From an uncultured Planctomycetaceae bacterium (GTDB lineage: Bacteria > Planctomycetota > Planctomycetia > Isosphaerales > Isosphaeraceae): a stretch of 64,000 nt of DNA. Made by a program: the position numbers and the translations under genes. Below the pieces are notes generated by a model. The model was not told the DNA's origin, did not search any database, and saw nothing but the letters and a program-made list of their open reading frames with translations. Positions 1-9,831 of the stretch are shown piece by piece. The stretch spans positions 800,001 through 864,000 of the forward strand of contig CAWIAD010000002.1 in assembly GCA_963833985.1 (NCBI GenBank), written 5' to 3'. Positions within the stretch are counted from its first letter, which is position 1. Each line of letters starts with the position of its first letter.

Positions 1-582
1 GAAGCTCTTGCCCATGAGCCGCAGGAATCGGTAGTGGTCGGTTTCGCTCCAGGCGGCCCGCACGTCGATGAGGTTGCGGAACTCGGACCACCGCGCGAGG
101 AGCCAGCGGCAGCCCTCGGGGAGCTGCTCCAGCCGGGCCAGGAACACGGCGGGCATGTCGTCGTAGTACTCGGCCTTGCCGAACCGCTCACGCGGGTCGA
201 GCGTGTCCAGCAGCTTGCGGCCCAGGATGTGGGCCTGCTTCAGCCGCGTGGCCTCGTCGCGGTCGCGCTGGCGGTGCACGCGAGCCGCGAGGTAAGCCGT
301 CTCGGCCCGCTCGGCGCGGTCGATCTGCCAGTCGAGGCGTGCGGCATGGCCGACCAGGGTGCGTTCGACGTCGTTGCGCGGCACGAGTTCGAACGTCCAC
401 TGCAAGATCCGTTCGGCGAGCTCCTTCGGATCTTCCTGTGGCAGGACGGGGATGGCGATGCGGGCGTTGGCGCCATGCCTCAGCGCGTTGAGCCGTGCGC
501 GGGCCTTGCCCTGATCGCTCTTCGGCCCCGTGCTTTTTGCGGCGTTGCGGCGATTGGCCGCGATCTGGGCTGTGGTGGCCAC
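1..582 (-). CDS. Uncharacterised protein of the 'AQIAANRRNAxKSTGP' family (3' end beyond window)
   Basis: Manual translation from GTG at 582: MATTAQIAANRRNAAKSTGPKSDQGKARARLNALRHG...VLPQEDP; appears open to the window edge, so absent from the ORF track; this N-terminus is typical of a multi-copy planctomycete hypothetical family. Confidence 0.75.
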   Translation of the reverse strand, partial: MATTAQIAANRRNAAKSTGPKSDQGKARARLNALRHGANARIAIPVLPQEDPKELAERILQWTFELVPRNDVERTLVGHAARLDWQIDRAERAETAYLAARVHRQRDRDEATRLKQAHILGRKLLDTLDPRERFGKAEYYDDMPAVFLARLEQLPEGCRWLLARWSEFRNLIDVRAAWSETDHYRFLRLMGKSF

Positions 583-956
583 GGAGTTGCTCTCTTTGCT
601 TGTAGTGCAGGTCGTGTATGCGGTGCGCAGAGCGGCCCTGGCTGCTGGTTCACCGAGGAGCGGCGCGGGGAGCGGCCCTCTCGGCGAGCCGCGGCCGATG
701 CGCCGGGATCTGCCGTCTATCTATGAGGATCCGACCGAAACTGCCAAAAACCGGAGGAATCCGGAGAAATTTTTGGTTTCCCCCTCAGCCGTCGGGCAGG
801 TGTATTCGTACGGCAGGCGATGCTTGCGTGCCGGGGCGTCTGCGTCCGCATCTGCGTCGCCGCAGGGCACGCAATCCTTGCCTGCCGGGGCGCGCACCAT
901 GACTTCTCCGCCTGGAGCCCGGGCGCATGGCCAGGTGCGCCAGCGCCATGGACTCT

Positions 957-1177
957 GCGGCACATGGCCACGTGCGTGAGCACGTGGTTTTCACGGGCGC
1001 AGCCTCCAACCTCGGGCGTGAGCCCGACCAGCACTGCGCCGCATCACAGGCATCCCCACGGCGATGCTCCACCCGACCCCGCGTCCGCGGCGCATGGCCA
1101 CGTGCGTGAGCACGTGGTTTTCACGGGCGCAGCCCCCAACCTCGGGCGTGAGCCCGACCAGCACCGCGCCGCATCAC
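957..1177. repeat. Two tandem ~91-bp direct repeats (957-1047, 1087-1177), each with two hairpins; REP-like
   Basis: 130-bp period; hairpins CCACGTGC-GTGA-GCACGTGG (968-987, 1098-1117) and TCGGGC-GTGA-GCCCGA (1012-1027, 1142-1157). Confidence 0.9.
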
Positions 1178-1182
1178 GCTCA

Positions 1183-2235
1183 TCACCTCACCTCGCACCC
1201 GCCCAGGTTCGCCAGATGATGCCGCCCCAGCCGCCCCGCAATCTCCCTCAGCCGCTCCCGGCTCGCCGCGAAGAACCGCCCCAGCAGCCGACCGCCGGCC
1301 AGCTTCAGCAGCCGCGCTTGCCAGCTCTCGGCATTGCTCCCCAGCCGCTCCAGGATCCCCGCCAGCTCCGTCGAGATCATCGCCTTCCCTTCGCGAAACA
1401 GCCGCCCGGTGTAGTCCACAAGCAGCAGATAGCTGCCCAGCGAGAACCCCTCGACCATCCCTTCGCGACCGCGACCGGAGTCCGAGTCCGAGTCAAGCCC
1501 CCGTCGGTCCTCGATCGGGCACAGCCACAGCCCCTCCTCCAGCCCCTCCGCCGCCTGCGACCCCGCCACGCTGCCGGCCTCGGCGGCCTTCAGGTCCTCG
1601 GCTCGACCCTGGTCCCGGACATGCTCGACGCGTTCCTTGATCGACGTGTGGGCGCTCGCCTCGGGCACCTCGGCGATGCCCGCGGCCACCGGGTTCAGAT
1701 CGATGTAAGTGCAAGTGGCCAGCAACGATTCCTCATCGAGGATCGCCACGCTCTGGAACCGCCCCTCGAAGAACGCCCCGCGGGTGTTCTCCTCGCGGTT
1801 GGCCATCCGCGACAGCGGCTCCTTCAGGCACTTCATGAACCAGCTCAGGCTCTGTAACCGCTGGCGTGCGGTGGCCACCCACTTCACGTCTTTCAGCCGT
1901 TCCTTGACCCAAGCCTCCGAGACCGGCAGTGCCTTTCGAGCCTTGTCGCGGGGCGGAAAAAGCCTCCCCCAGCGCCGCACGATGTCCTCATCCGCCCACC
2001 CCGCCGCCACATCGGGGTCGAGCCGCACCAGCAGATGCAGATGGTTATCGAGGATGGCGAACCCGCCCACCGCCACGGAGAAGATCTCCGCAAGTTCCTG
2101 CAAGCGCCGTTCGATCCATTCCTTGCGGTCGATCCCGCCCTCCCCCAGCAGAAACGCCCGCCGCACGCACCGCGTGATGCAGTGATACCAGCGAGTAACC
2201 GATGGATCCACCAGATGCGCACGGGCAATCGTCAT
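1183..2235 (-). CDS. Y1/HUH tyrosine transposase, REP-associated (RAYT-like, IS200/IS605 superfamily)
   Basis: YHCITRCVRRAFL, HUH motif NHLHLL, FFEGRFQS and catalytic YIDLNP; GGAGG before ATG 2235. Confidence 0.85.
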   Translation of the reverse strand: MTIARAHLVDPSVTRWYHCITRCVRRAFLLGEGGIDRKEWIERRLQELAEIFSVAVGGFAILDNHLHLLVRLDPDVAAGWADEDIVRRWGRLFPPRDKARKALPVSEAWVKERLKDVKWVATARQRLQSLSWFMKCLKEPLSRMANREENTRGAFFEGRFQSVAILDEESLLATCTYIDLNPVAAGIAEVPEASAHTSIKERVEHVRDQGRAEDLKAAEAGSVAGSQAAEGLEEGLWLCPIEDRRGLDSDSDSGRGREGMVEGFSLGSYLLLVDYTGRLFREGKAMISTELAGILERLGSNAESWQARLLKLAGGRLLGRFFAASRERLREIAGRLGRHHLANLGGCEVR

Positions 2236-2599
2236 GTAAGGACCTCCCAGCAAGATCTACATAAGCTACCCAATTCCACCGCCCGTGTCAAGATTACGTT
2301 GCCTGTCCTCTTTTTGCATCTTTTTGCATTTCCTCTTTTTGCATTGCCCTTGGGATACATTGCCTGTCCTCTCTCTTGCCTTTTCTCTTGGCCTTGCCCT
2401 CTCTTGGCTCGGTCTCTCTGGGAAGTGCTCTTTGGGGAAGCGGTCCTGCCGCCTGCCTACGTGGCCGTCCTGGTAGCTCCCGGACTGAACCATCTCGCCG
2501 CTCTGCCCCTTCGCAGCCTCGCCAGGGGGTTGCTGCCACGCTAAACTTGAAATCTTCCTGCAAATGACCTCAAGCCAGCCGATGGGGGAGCCGACGACG

Positions 2600-4412
2600 T
2601 TGCCTTTGCTCGTGCAAAAATTTGGCGGGACGAGTGTTGCCGATTCGAACAAGATCCTGGCCGCGGCGCGGCGGGCCATCCAGGCACATCACCGGGGTAA
2701 CCAGGTCCTGGTAGTCGTCTCGGCCCGCGGGCACACTACCGATGAGCTGATCGCCCTCGCCAAGGAAATCACCGACCAGCCCCCCGCGCGAGATGGATAT
2801 GCTGCTCTCGACTGGCGAGCAGGTGAGCGTGGCGCTCCTGGCCATGGCTATCGAGAGCCTGGGCGTGCCCGCGATCAGCTTCACCGGAGCCCAGATTGGC
2901 CTGGTGACCGACAGCTTCCACACCAAGGCACGGATCAAGAACATCTCCAATGAGCGGATGACCCAGGCGCTCGCCGACGGCAAGATCGTCATCGTCGCCG
3001 GCTTCCAGGGAATGGACGAGAATTACAACATCACCACGCTGGGCCGGGGCGGATCGGACACCACCGCCGTGGCCCTCGCCGCGGTCCTGGGCGCATCAGC
3101 CTGCGAGATCTACACCGACGTCGACGGCGTCTACACGACCGATCCGCGGGTCGTCCCGGAGGCCGGCAAGATTGACCGCATCAGTTACGACGAGATGCTC
3201 GAGCTCGCCAGCCTGGGCGCGGGGGTGATGCATTCGCGGTCCATCGAGTTCGCCAAGAAATACGGCGTGCCGATCCACGTCCGCAGCTCGTTCTCCGATG
3301 CGCCGGGTACCTGGATCGTCGGCGAGGATGACGCGCGCCGGCTGGGTGTGGCCGTGACCGGTGCCGCGCTCGCGAAGGACGAAGCCCGGATCACCATCCT
3401 CGGCGTGCCGGACCGGCCCGGCGTCGTGCACTCGATCTTCGAGACGATCGCACGCGCCAACCTTGTCGTCGACATGATCGTCCAGAACGTGGCCACGGAA
3501 GGCAGCACCGAGCTCAGCTTCACCGTGGCACGCGGCGACCTGGCCGAAACCCTGCGCGCCGCCACGGCCGCCGCCGAGCAAGTGGGCGCCACGGGCGTGA
3601 CGCACGACGCCGAGGTGGCCAAGGTGTCGGTCGTCGGCCTGGGAATGCGTACTCACACCGGCGTTGCCACCGCCATGTTCAAGGCCGTCGCCGAGGCCGG
3701 CGTGAACATTCAGATGATCACCACCAGCGAGATCAAGATCAGCCTGCTGGTGGAGCGGACCGCCGCCGTGGCGGCCCTCCGCGCCGTGCACAAGGTGTTC
3801 CTGCTCGACGAGGTCCACGCCCGGCCTCTACCCGAGTTCGCTTCCGGCACAACCGCCCTGCGTGCCATGAAACTCGTTCCCCTGGCTGACCCCGATGCCA
3901 GCCGGCCGACCGACCGTGGCATGGAAGACCTGGTCATCGCGGGCGTCGAGCTGGACGAGACCCAGGGCCGCATCACCCTCTATGATGTTCCCGACCGGCC
4001 AGGTTACGCGACCAGAATCTTCCAGGCCATTGCCGAGGCCGGCGTGTTCGTGGACATGATCGTCCAGAACGTCAGCCAGGCCGGACAGTGCAATCTGTCG
4101 TTCACCGTGCCGCGCGACGTCGTCGACCGCGCAGCACAGGCCATCACGCCCATCGCCGGCGGCAAGATCTCCATTGAGCCGGCCATGGCCAAGCTCTCGG
4201 TGATCGGCGTGGGCATGCGCACCCACACCGGCGTCGCCACGCGCATGTTCGGAGCGCTCGCGGAGCGAGCGATCAACATCAACCTGATCAATACCAGCGA
4301 GATCCGCATCAACGTGGGCACCGACGTGGCCAAGGGAAAAGAAGGCCTCGATTGCCTGCGCCGGGCCTTCGCACTCGATGACCCGGCCACAGCAGATCCC
4401 AAGGCTCTCTAA
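2600..4412 (+). CDS. lysC: Aspartate kinase with four ACT domains (frameshift at ~2780-2792)
   Basis: VQKFGGTSV in ORF 2564; [17 protein letters not shown] and repeated ACT pairs in ORF 2793; start TTG 2600 inferred. Confidence 0.93.
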
Positions 4413-4506
4413 CCGATGGAACTCGAAGTCAGTGCTCCATCCGTGGCGATTTCCTCCTTTACTCCATCTGTGGCTCATCCCACCTTGCCTTTGAGGATCA
4501 TCATCC

Positions 4507-5763
4507 GTGGCTCGCGACAAGCTCGTGCTCGCCTACAGTGGCGGCCTGGATACGTCGGTGGCCGTCAAGTGGATCAACGAAACGTACAACATGGACGTGG
4601 TCGCCTACACGTGTGATCTTGGCCAGGGCCAGGACATCGAGGCGATCCGCCAGAAGGCGCTGCGGACCGGCGCGGTTGACGCCGTGGCCGAGGACGCGCG
4701 CAACCTGTTCATTGACTACTTCGTCTGGCCATCGCTCATGGCCGGGGCGATTTACGAGGGCAAGTATCCGCTGGCCACGGCGCTGGGGCGTCCGCTGATC
4801 GCCCAGCTCATGGTCCGCGTGGCGCGCGACCATGGCGCGGTGGCCGTGGCACACGGCTGCACCGGCAAGGGGAACGATCAGGTTCGCTTTGACGTGACGT
4901 TCCAGACACTGGCGCCGGACCTGAAGATCGTCGCCCCGGTGCGTGAATGGAAGTGGACGCGGACGCAGGAGCTCGAGTTCGCGGCCGCGCATGGCATCGA
5001 GGTGGAAGCCACCAAGAAATCAATCTTCAGTACCGATCAGAACCTCTGGGGCCGGTCGATCGAGGCGGGGATCCTCGAGGACCCCTGGGTCGAGCCCCCG
5101 CCCGAGACCTTCCAGTGGACCGCCGATCCACGGCTGGCGCCCGACGTACCCGAGGAGGTCGAGATCACGTTCGACCGCGGCAAGCCCGTGGCCCTGGATG
5201 GCAAGGAGAAGGACGGAATCGAGCTGATCGACGATCTCAACAAGCTCGCCGGCAAGCACGGCGTGGGCCGCATCGACCACATCGAGAACCGCCTGGTGGG
5301 CATCAAGTCGCGCGAGATCTACGAGGCGCCGGCCGCCGTATTACTGCACGAGGCGCACCGCGAGATCGAGTTCCTGACGCTGTCCAAGGAGTCGCTCCGG
5401 TTCAAGGCGCTGGTCAGCCAGGCTTACGCCGACCTGATCTACAACGGCCTCTGGTTCAGCCAGCTTCACCAGGACCTGATGGCGTTCACGATATCCAACC
5501 AGCAGTACGTCTCGGGCACGGTCCGGCTCAAGCTCTTCAAGGGCCACGTGATGACGGTGGGCCGTAAGAGCCCCAGCAGTCTTTATCGCCATGAGCTGGC
5601 GACGTACGAGGAGGGCGACCAGTACGACGCAACCGCCGCGCTGGGGTTCATCAAGATCCACGGCCTGGGCCAGACCACGCAGGCCAAGCACCAGCTCTTG
5701 AAAGGCAAGACCGGCCCCCGGCTGGAGCTGCCCAGCATCATCCCGCCGGACTCGGGGAAATGA
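4507..5763 (+). CDS. argG: Argininosuccinate synthase
   Basis: LAYSGGLDTS, HGCTGKGNDQVRF, SREIYEAP. Confidence 0.98.
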   Translation: MARDKLVLAYSGGLDTSVAVKWINETYNMDVVAYTCDLGQGQDIEAIRQKALRTGAVDAVAEDARNLFIDYFVWPSLMAGAIYEGKYPLATALGRPLIAQLMVRVARDHGAVAVAHGCTGKGNDQVRFDVTFQTLAPDLKIVAPVREWKWTRTQELEFAAAHGIEVEATKKSIFSTDQNLWGRSIEAGILEDPWVEPPPETFQWTADPRLAPDVPEEVEITFDRGKPVALDGKEKDGIELIDDLNKLAGKHGVGRIDHIENRLVGIKSREIYEAPAAVLLHEAHREIEFLTLSKESLRFKALVSQAYADLIYNGLWFSQLHQDLMAFTISNQQYVSGTVRLKLFKGHVMTVGRKSPSSLYRHELATYEEGDQYDATAALGFIKIHGLGQTTQAKHQLLKGKTGPRLELPSIIPPDSGK

Positions 5764-5876
5764 GATCGTCTGCCGAGGATCCAAGCCGGGACAATGCGGC
5801 CGGTGGTAAACCGACGGTGTACGTCATCGCAGGACCTAATGGGGCAGGAAAGACCACCTTTGCAGTCAACTTTCTA

Positions 5877-7387
5877 TTTCTACTGTATCTCTACGTTCGT
5901 AGTTGGTTCTTCAAAGGGGGTAAGAGTTTGCGTGAGTAATGCTGGAAGAATCGGGCGAGCTCGTTGCGTTCCAACCAACGTGTGGTGCACCGGGAGAGCT
6001 TCTCGGGGCTGTTGACGTTGAGACGTTCCTCGATGATCCCTGCGATCAGTTGCCGCAACCGCGGTGACGTCAATGCCGGTGTCTGTATTTTTTCCCCGCC
6101 GCGTCTCCTGATTCAGGAACCACGCGGCCACGAGCGACAAGGTTTGATGGTGATGCCAGGCGATCCAGTTCCGCACCTGGTAATCGGCCAGGCCCGCCTC
6201 CCCTTTGCCCCGCTCCAGGCACTCCTCGATCCGATGCGCCAGTTTGGCCACCCGGCCAAATTCGATCAACGGAGTTTCGGCTTTACTATTTGATAAATAA
6301 TAATCATGTTTAACAGTTCCATCGGCCTGTTGCTCACGCGTGATGAAGAGGACCTCCTCGAAACCTGCACGATTGCCCGGTCCTCGAGATTGGACGCGCC
6401 GCTTGATCGCGTCGACCACCAAAGGTCCCTTCTCGCCATCACGGACGTCGAGCCTCGTCCACGCCGATTCCGGCAGGGCCGCACGCCAATGATCCACACG
6501 CATGAAAGGAGCCTTGGGGGGTTGACCCCGCCCCCCATATTCCGGTGGCGGTGCCTCCAGATCGCGGATCGTCGTGTTCGACGGAACCGCCAACAGATAC
6601 TGCTCCCCCCGCTCCCTCAACGCCTGGCGAAAACTCGCGGGACGGCCCATTTCATCGTCCCCCGCCACCCACGCGTGTGGCAGCAACCCACCTTGCTCAT
6701 CCAGCATCGCCAGGGCCAATTGATGGCGCGTCTGGAACTTGATGGACTTGGGGACGCCAGCCTTGTTCCGGCGGTCGCGATCCTTGGCCCATTCCTTGGG
6801 CAAGTAAAGCCTTACATTGGTAATCGTATGCTCTTTTCTAGACGCATAAGCCATGTAGACGCCAACCTGACAGTTCTCAACCTTCCCCAGCCGGCCGCAC
6901 CACTGCCGCGCGACGCCCACCGACATAGTCCCTTTCTTGGGGAAGCCCGAAGGGTCGAAGATAATCACCCCATCCTTCTCGCCCAGTTGCTCGCCGACCT
7001 GCTGCGCCAGGATCGTGAGCAGGGGTTGATGATCCCATGGCACGTGCCCGATGAACTTTTGGATTCCTTGTCGTTCTTGATCGTGGAGATAAGCGATTCC
7101 CTCGCCGGTCTTGTGCTCAAGCTTCGACAGCAGACCGGTAACGTACTCGGTTGCATGTCGATGTTGTTCAGGTTCGCTCAGGGTCGCAGCGAACGGCTCG
7201 ATGAAGACGTCCAACCGTTCCAGCAGACCATCGATCAAGTCAGGCGACACCTGCGATTGTGCCAGCATGTCAGCCAACCGTGCTTCGTATCGTCGATCCA
7301 TGACGCCCTCGCTTCCTTGTAACATCCTTGACGGAAGCGAATATCAGAAAAAACCTTACAGTTCGTCAACCCCAGGATACAGTAGAA
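5877..7387 (-). mobile_element. IS701-family insertion sequence
   Basis: 12-bp inverted repeats TTCTACTGTATC (5878-5889) / GATACAGTAGAA (7376-7387); flanking CTA duplication (5874-5876, 7388-7390). Confidence 0.88.
5880..7301 (-). CDS. IS701-family DDE transposase
   Basis: DPSGFPKKG.SVGVARQWCG.LGKVENCQVGV, LYLPKEW, IEEC...KGEAGLADYQVR. Confidence 0.93.
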   Translation of the reverse strand: MDRRYEARLADMLAQSQVSPDLIDGLLERLDVFIEPFAATLSEPEQHRHATEYVTGLLSKLEHKTGEGIAYLHDQERQGIQKFIGHVPWDHQPLLTILAQQVGEQLGEKDGVIIFDPSGFPKKGTMSVGVARQWCGRLGKVENCQVGVYMAYASRKEHTITNVRLYLPKEWAKDRDRRNKAGVPKSIKFQTRHQLALAMLDEQGGLLPHAWVAGDDEMGRPASFRQALRERGEQYLLAVPSNTTIRDLEAPPPEYGGRGQPPKAPFMRVDHWRAALPESAWTRLDVRDGEKGPLVVDAIKRRVQSRGPGNRAGFEEVLFITREQQADGTVKHDYYLSNSKAETPLIEFGRVAKLAHRIEECLERGKGEAGLADYQVRNWIAWHHHQTLSLVAAWFLNQETRRGKNTDTGIDVTAVAATDRRDHRGTSQRQQPREALPVHHTLVGTQRARPILPALLTQTLTPFEEPTTNVEIQ

Positions 7388-7899
7388 CTACCCGCTTTCG
7401 TGCACTGCCGCGAATTCGTAAACGCGGACCTGATCGCCGCCGGGCTGTCCCCATTCGCGCCCGAAACTCAGGCAATGCGTGCAGGAACATTGATGCTGAC
7501 CCGGATCAAGGAACTCGCAGCAGAGCGTTCTGATTTTGGATTCGAAACGACCCTCTCCGGCCGTACGTACGCCAGATTACTCTCGGGGATGAAGACGGCG
7601 GGCTATCGCCTCGTTCTTTTCTTTCTCTGGCTGCCGGACGCCGAGCTGGCCGTAGCCCGCGTTGCGAACCGCGTGAGACAAGGCGGGCACGGAATTCCGG
7701 AAGAGACGATTCGGAGGCGCTTCTCGCGTGGCATGCACTGTCTTTTCCACGTCTACATGCCCATCATGGATCACTGGGAACTGTACGATGCCTCGCGGTA
7801 TCATCCGGTACTGGTGGCACGGCATGCCGATGGCCAGCAGTCGATCTATGACGAAGAAACTTACCAAGCAATCACGGCCATCGTGGGAGGCTCCTCCGG

Positions 7900-8091
7900 A
7901 TGAAGCCCCAGGAACGAAACCTGACCGAGTGCGCCCAGGCTGGCTTTCTTGCTGCGGCGAAAGACGCGATGCGCGTGGCACAGCAGACTGGCACACCGGT
8001 GATCGTGTGGGAGAACGGTCAGGTTCGGAAGATTGCCTGCGACCAGCTCGATGCGCTCGCGACTGAAGCGGCAAGCACCGATCGATCATAG
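7900..8091 (+). CDS. Small protein coupled to the zeta-like ATPase (putative partner/antitoxin)
   Basis: ATGA overlap with the ATPase stop; ...AQQTGTPVIVWENGQVRKI resembles small partners of such ATPases. Confidence 0.65.
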   Translation: MKPQERNLTECAQAGFLAAAKDAMRVAQQTGTPVIVWENGQVRKIACDQLDALATEAASTDRS

Positions 8092-8430
8092 GACAGCCCG
8101 ACTCCCGAGCGAAAGAGGGCGCGGTGAGAGCCGGCCATAGCTTCTGCCCAGGTCGCGGGTTACCACCTTGTGGCGGAGAGTCGGGGCTGCCGCGGCGCTA
8201 ACATGCATCATGTCATGCAATGATCGGGCTTTGACAAACGGGCCAGGATTGGTAATGTATGGGGTTCACGCTTTCGTTGCTGCGACGTGCCGAACAGGAA
8301 CTTGGCCTCCGCCACAGCGCGGCGATCATCCGCCACGAAGCAAGGGGCGTGCACTCTCACGCTCTCATGAAGCGTGATAGGCACATAGGACCGGAACAGA
8401 GCGGGATGGGGATACGGGAGATTTGATGGT

Positions 8431-9770
8431 ATGGCCGAGATGATGACCACCGACGTCCGAGCGATCATGGACCGGACGCCCTTTGATGTTTCCGCAGTGG
8501 CCGATTTGCGTGAGGTGCTGGGCCGCGATCCGTCGCGTTATCGCACGCTACGCGATGCGGTGAGCAATATCCGCGAGCGTGAAAAGAAGGATCAGAAGCC
8601 CGAAACGTTTCTGCGGCTGGGCGTGGGCGAGGTGCTCCTGGGCCGATATGGTCCGGGCCTGGACCAGCTCAAGCGGGCTGGCGAGGCAGGCATGGCCTTC
8701 TTCTTCCAGGGGCTGGCCTTCGAGAACCTCCAGCGCTATGACGACGCGGCGAAGGCCTTTGCGCACGCCGCCAAGCTGGGATACGACCCCAAGAACTCCG
8801 AGCTGCACCGCGCGGGGCCCTGCGCCGGATCGGTCACGTGGAGGAGGCCAAGAAGATCCTCGCCGGCTTGCAAAAGCTCAGCGAGTCGTCGGCCGAGTAT
8901 CACTTCCAGAAGGGGGCCATCCTGGCCGCCGAGGGCGAGCTCGGCCAGGCGGCATCGGAGCTGGAGAAGGCCCTCAGCCTCGATCGCGATCACAACGGGG
9001 CACTCTTTGAGCTGGCGTACATCAACGACCTGTTCGGCAACGACGACCAGGCCGTGGACCTGTACAAACGGTGCACCGAGCGTCCGCCGGTTCCCCTGGC
9101 GGCGTGGATCAACCTGGGGGTGCTCTACGAGGACGAGATGAAGTTCCGCGATGCGGAGCAGTGCTATCGCCAGGTCCTCGCCCACGAGCCAAACCACCCG
9201 CGCGCCCGGCTCTTCGTGAAGGATTGCCAGGCCAGCAAGGGGATGTATTACGACGAGGATCTCGAGAAGGGATACACGATCCTCAAGCAGCTTCTGGAGA
9301 TCCCCGTCACCGACTTCGAGCTTTCGGTACGCAGCCGTAATTGCCTGCGGAAGATGAACATCCGCACGCTGGGAGACCTCACGCGCACCACCGAGGCTGC
9401 GCTCCTGGCCAGCAAGAACTTCGGCGAGACCTCGCTGGCCGAGATCAAGGAGATGATGACATCCAAGGGCGTGCGCCTGGGCATGGCACTGGAAAGCGGC
9501 GAACGCGGTCCGGTCACCCAGGACCATCGCATCGACCCGCCCCAGGAGGTTCCCCCCGAGATGCAGGCCCTTCTGGGCAAGCCCATCAGCGAGCTGAGCC
9601 TGTCGGTTCGTGCCCGCAAATGCATGAGCAAGCTGAACATCCAGAGCGTGGGCGACCTGGCCAAGCGGTCCGGCGACGAGCTCCTGGAATGCAAGAACTT
9701 CGGTGTGACGTCGCTCAACGAAGTCCGCGACAAGCTGAGCACGCTGGGACTGAAGCTCAAGAATGACTGA
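8431..9770 (+). CDS. TPR protein with two RNA polymerase alpha-CTD-like domains (frameshift at G-run 8814-8817)
   Basis: TPR helices then IPVTDFELSVRSRNCL...SKNFGETSLAEIK and KPISELSLSVRARKCM...CKNFGVTSLNEVR; adding one G joins ORFs 8431 and 8838. Confidence 0.9.
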
Positions 9771-9831
9771 CATCCGTATTCGCCAGTGCTGAACCAGGGA
9801 ATCGCACTCCCCACGAGTCTCCGGCGCATTG

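Larger units (their letters stand above)
5760..7903 (+). pseudogene. Zeta-toxin-like/AAA P-loop ATPase split by an IS701-family element
   Basis: 5760-5876 encodes MRSS...VYVIAGPNGAGKTTFAVNFL; 7391-7903 continues PAFVHCREFVNADLIAAGLSPF...FETTLSG...RVRQGGHGIP; removing the IS and one CTA restores the frame. Confidence 0.9.

Noticed and set aside
957..1177. CRISPR array
   Set aside because: Only two 91-bp units, too long for CRISPR repeats, and no cas genes
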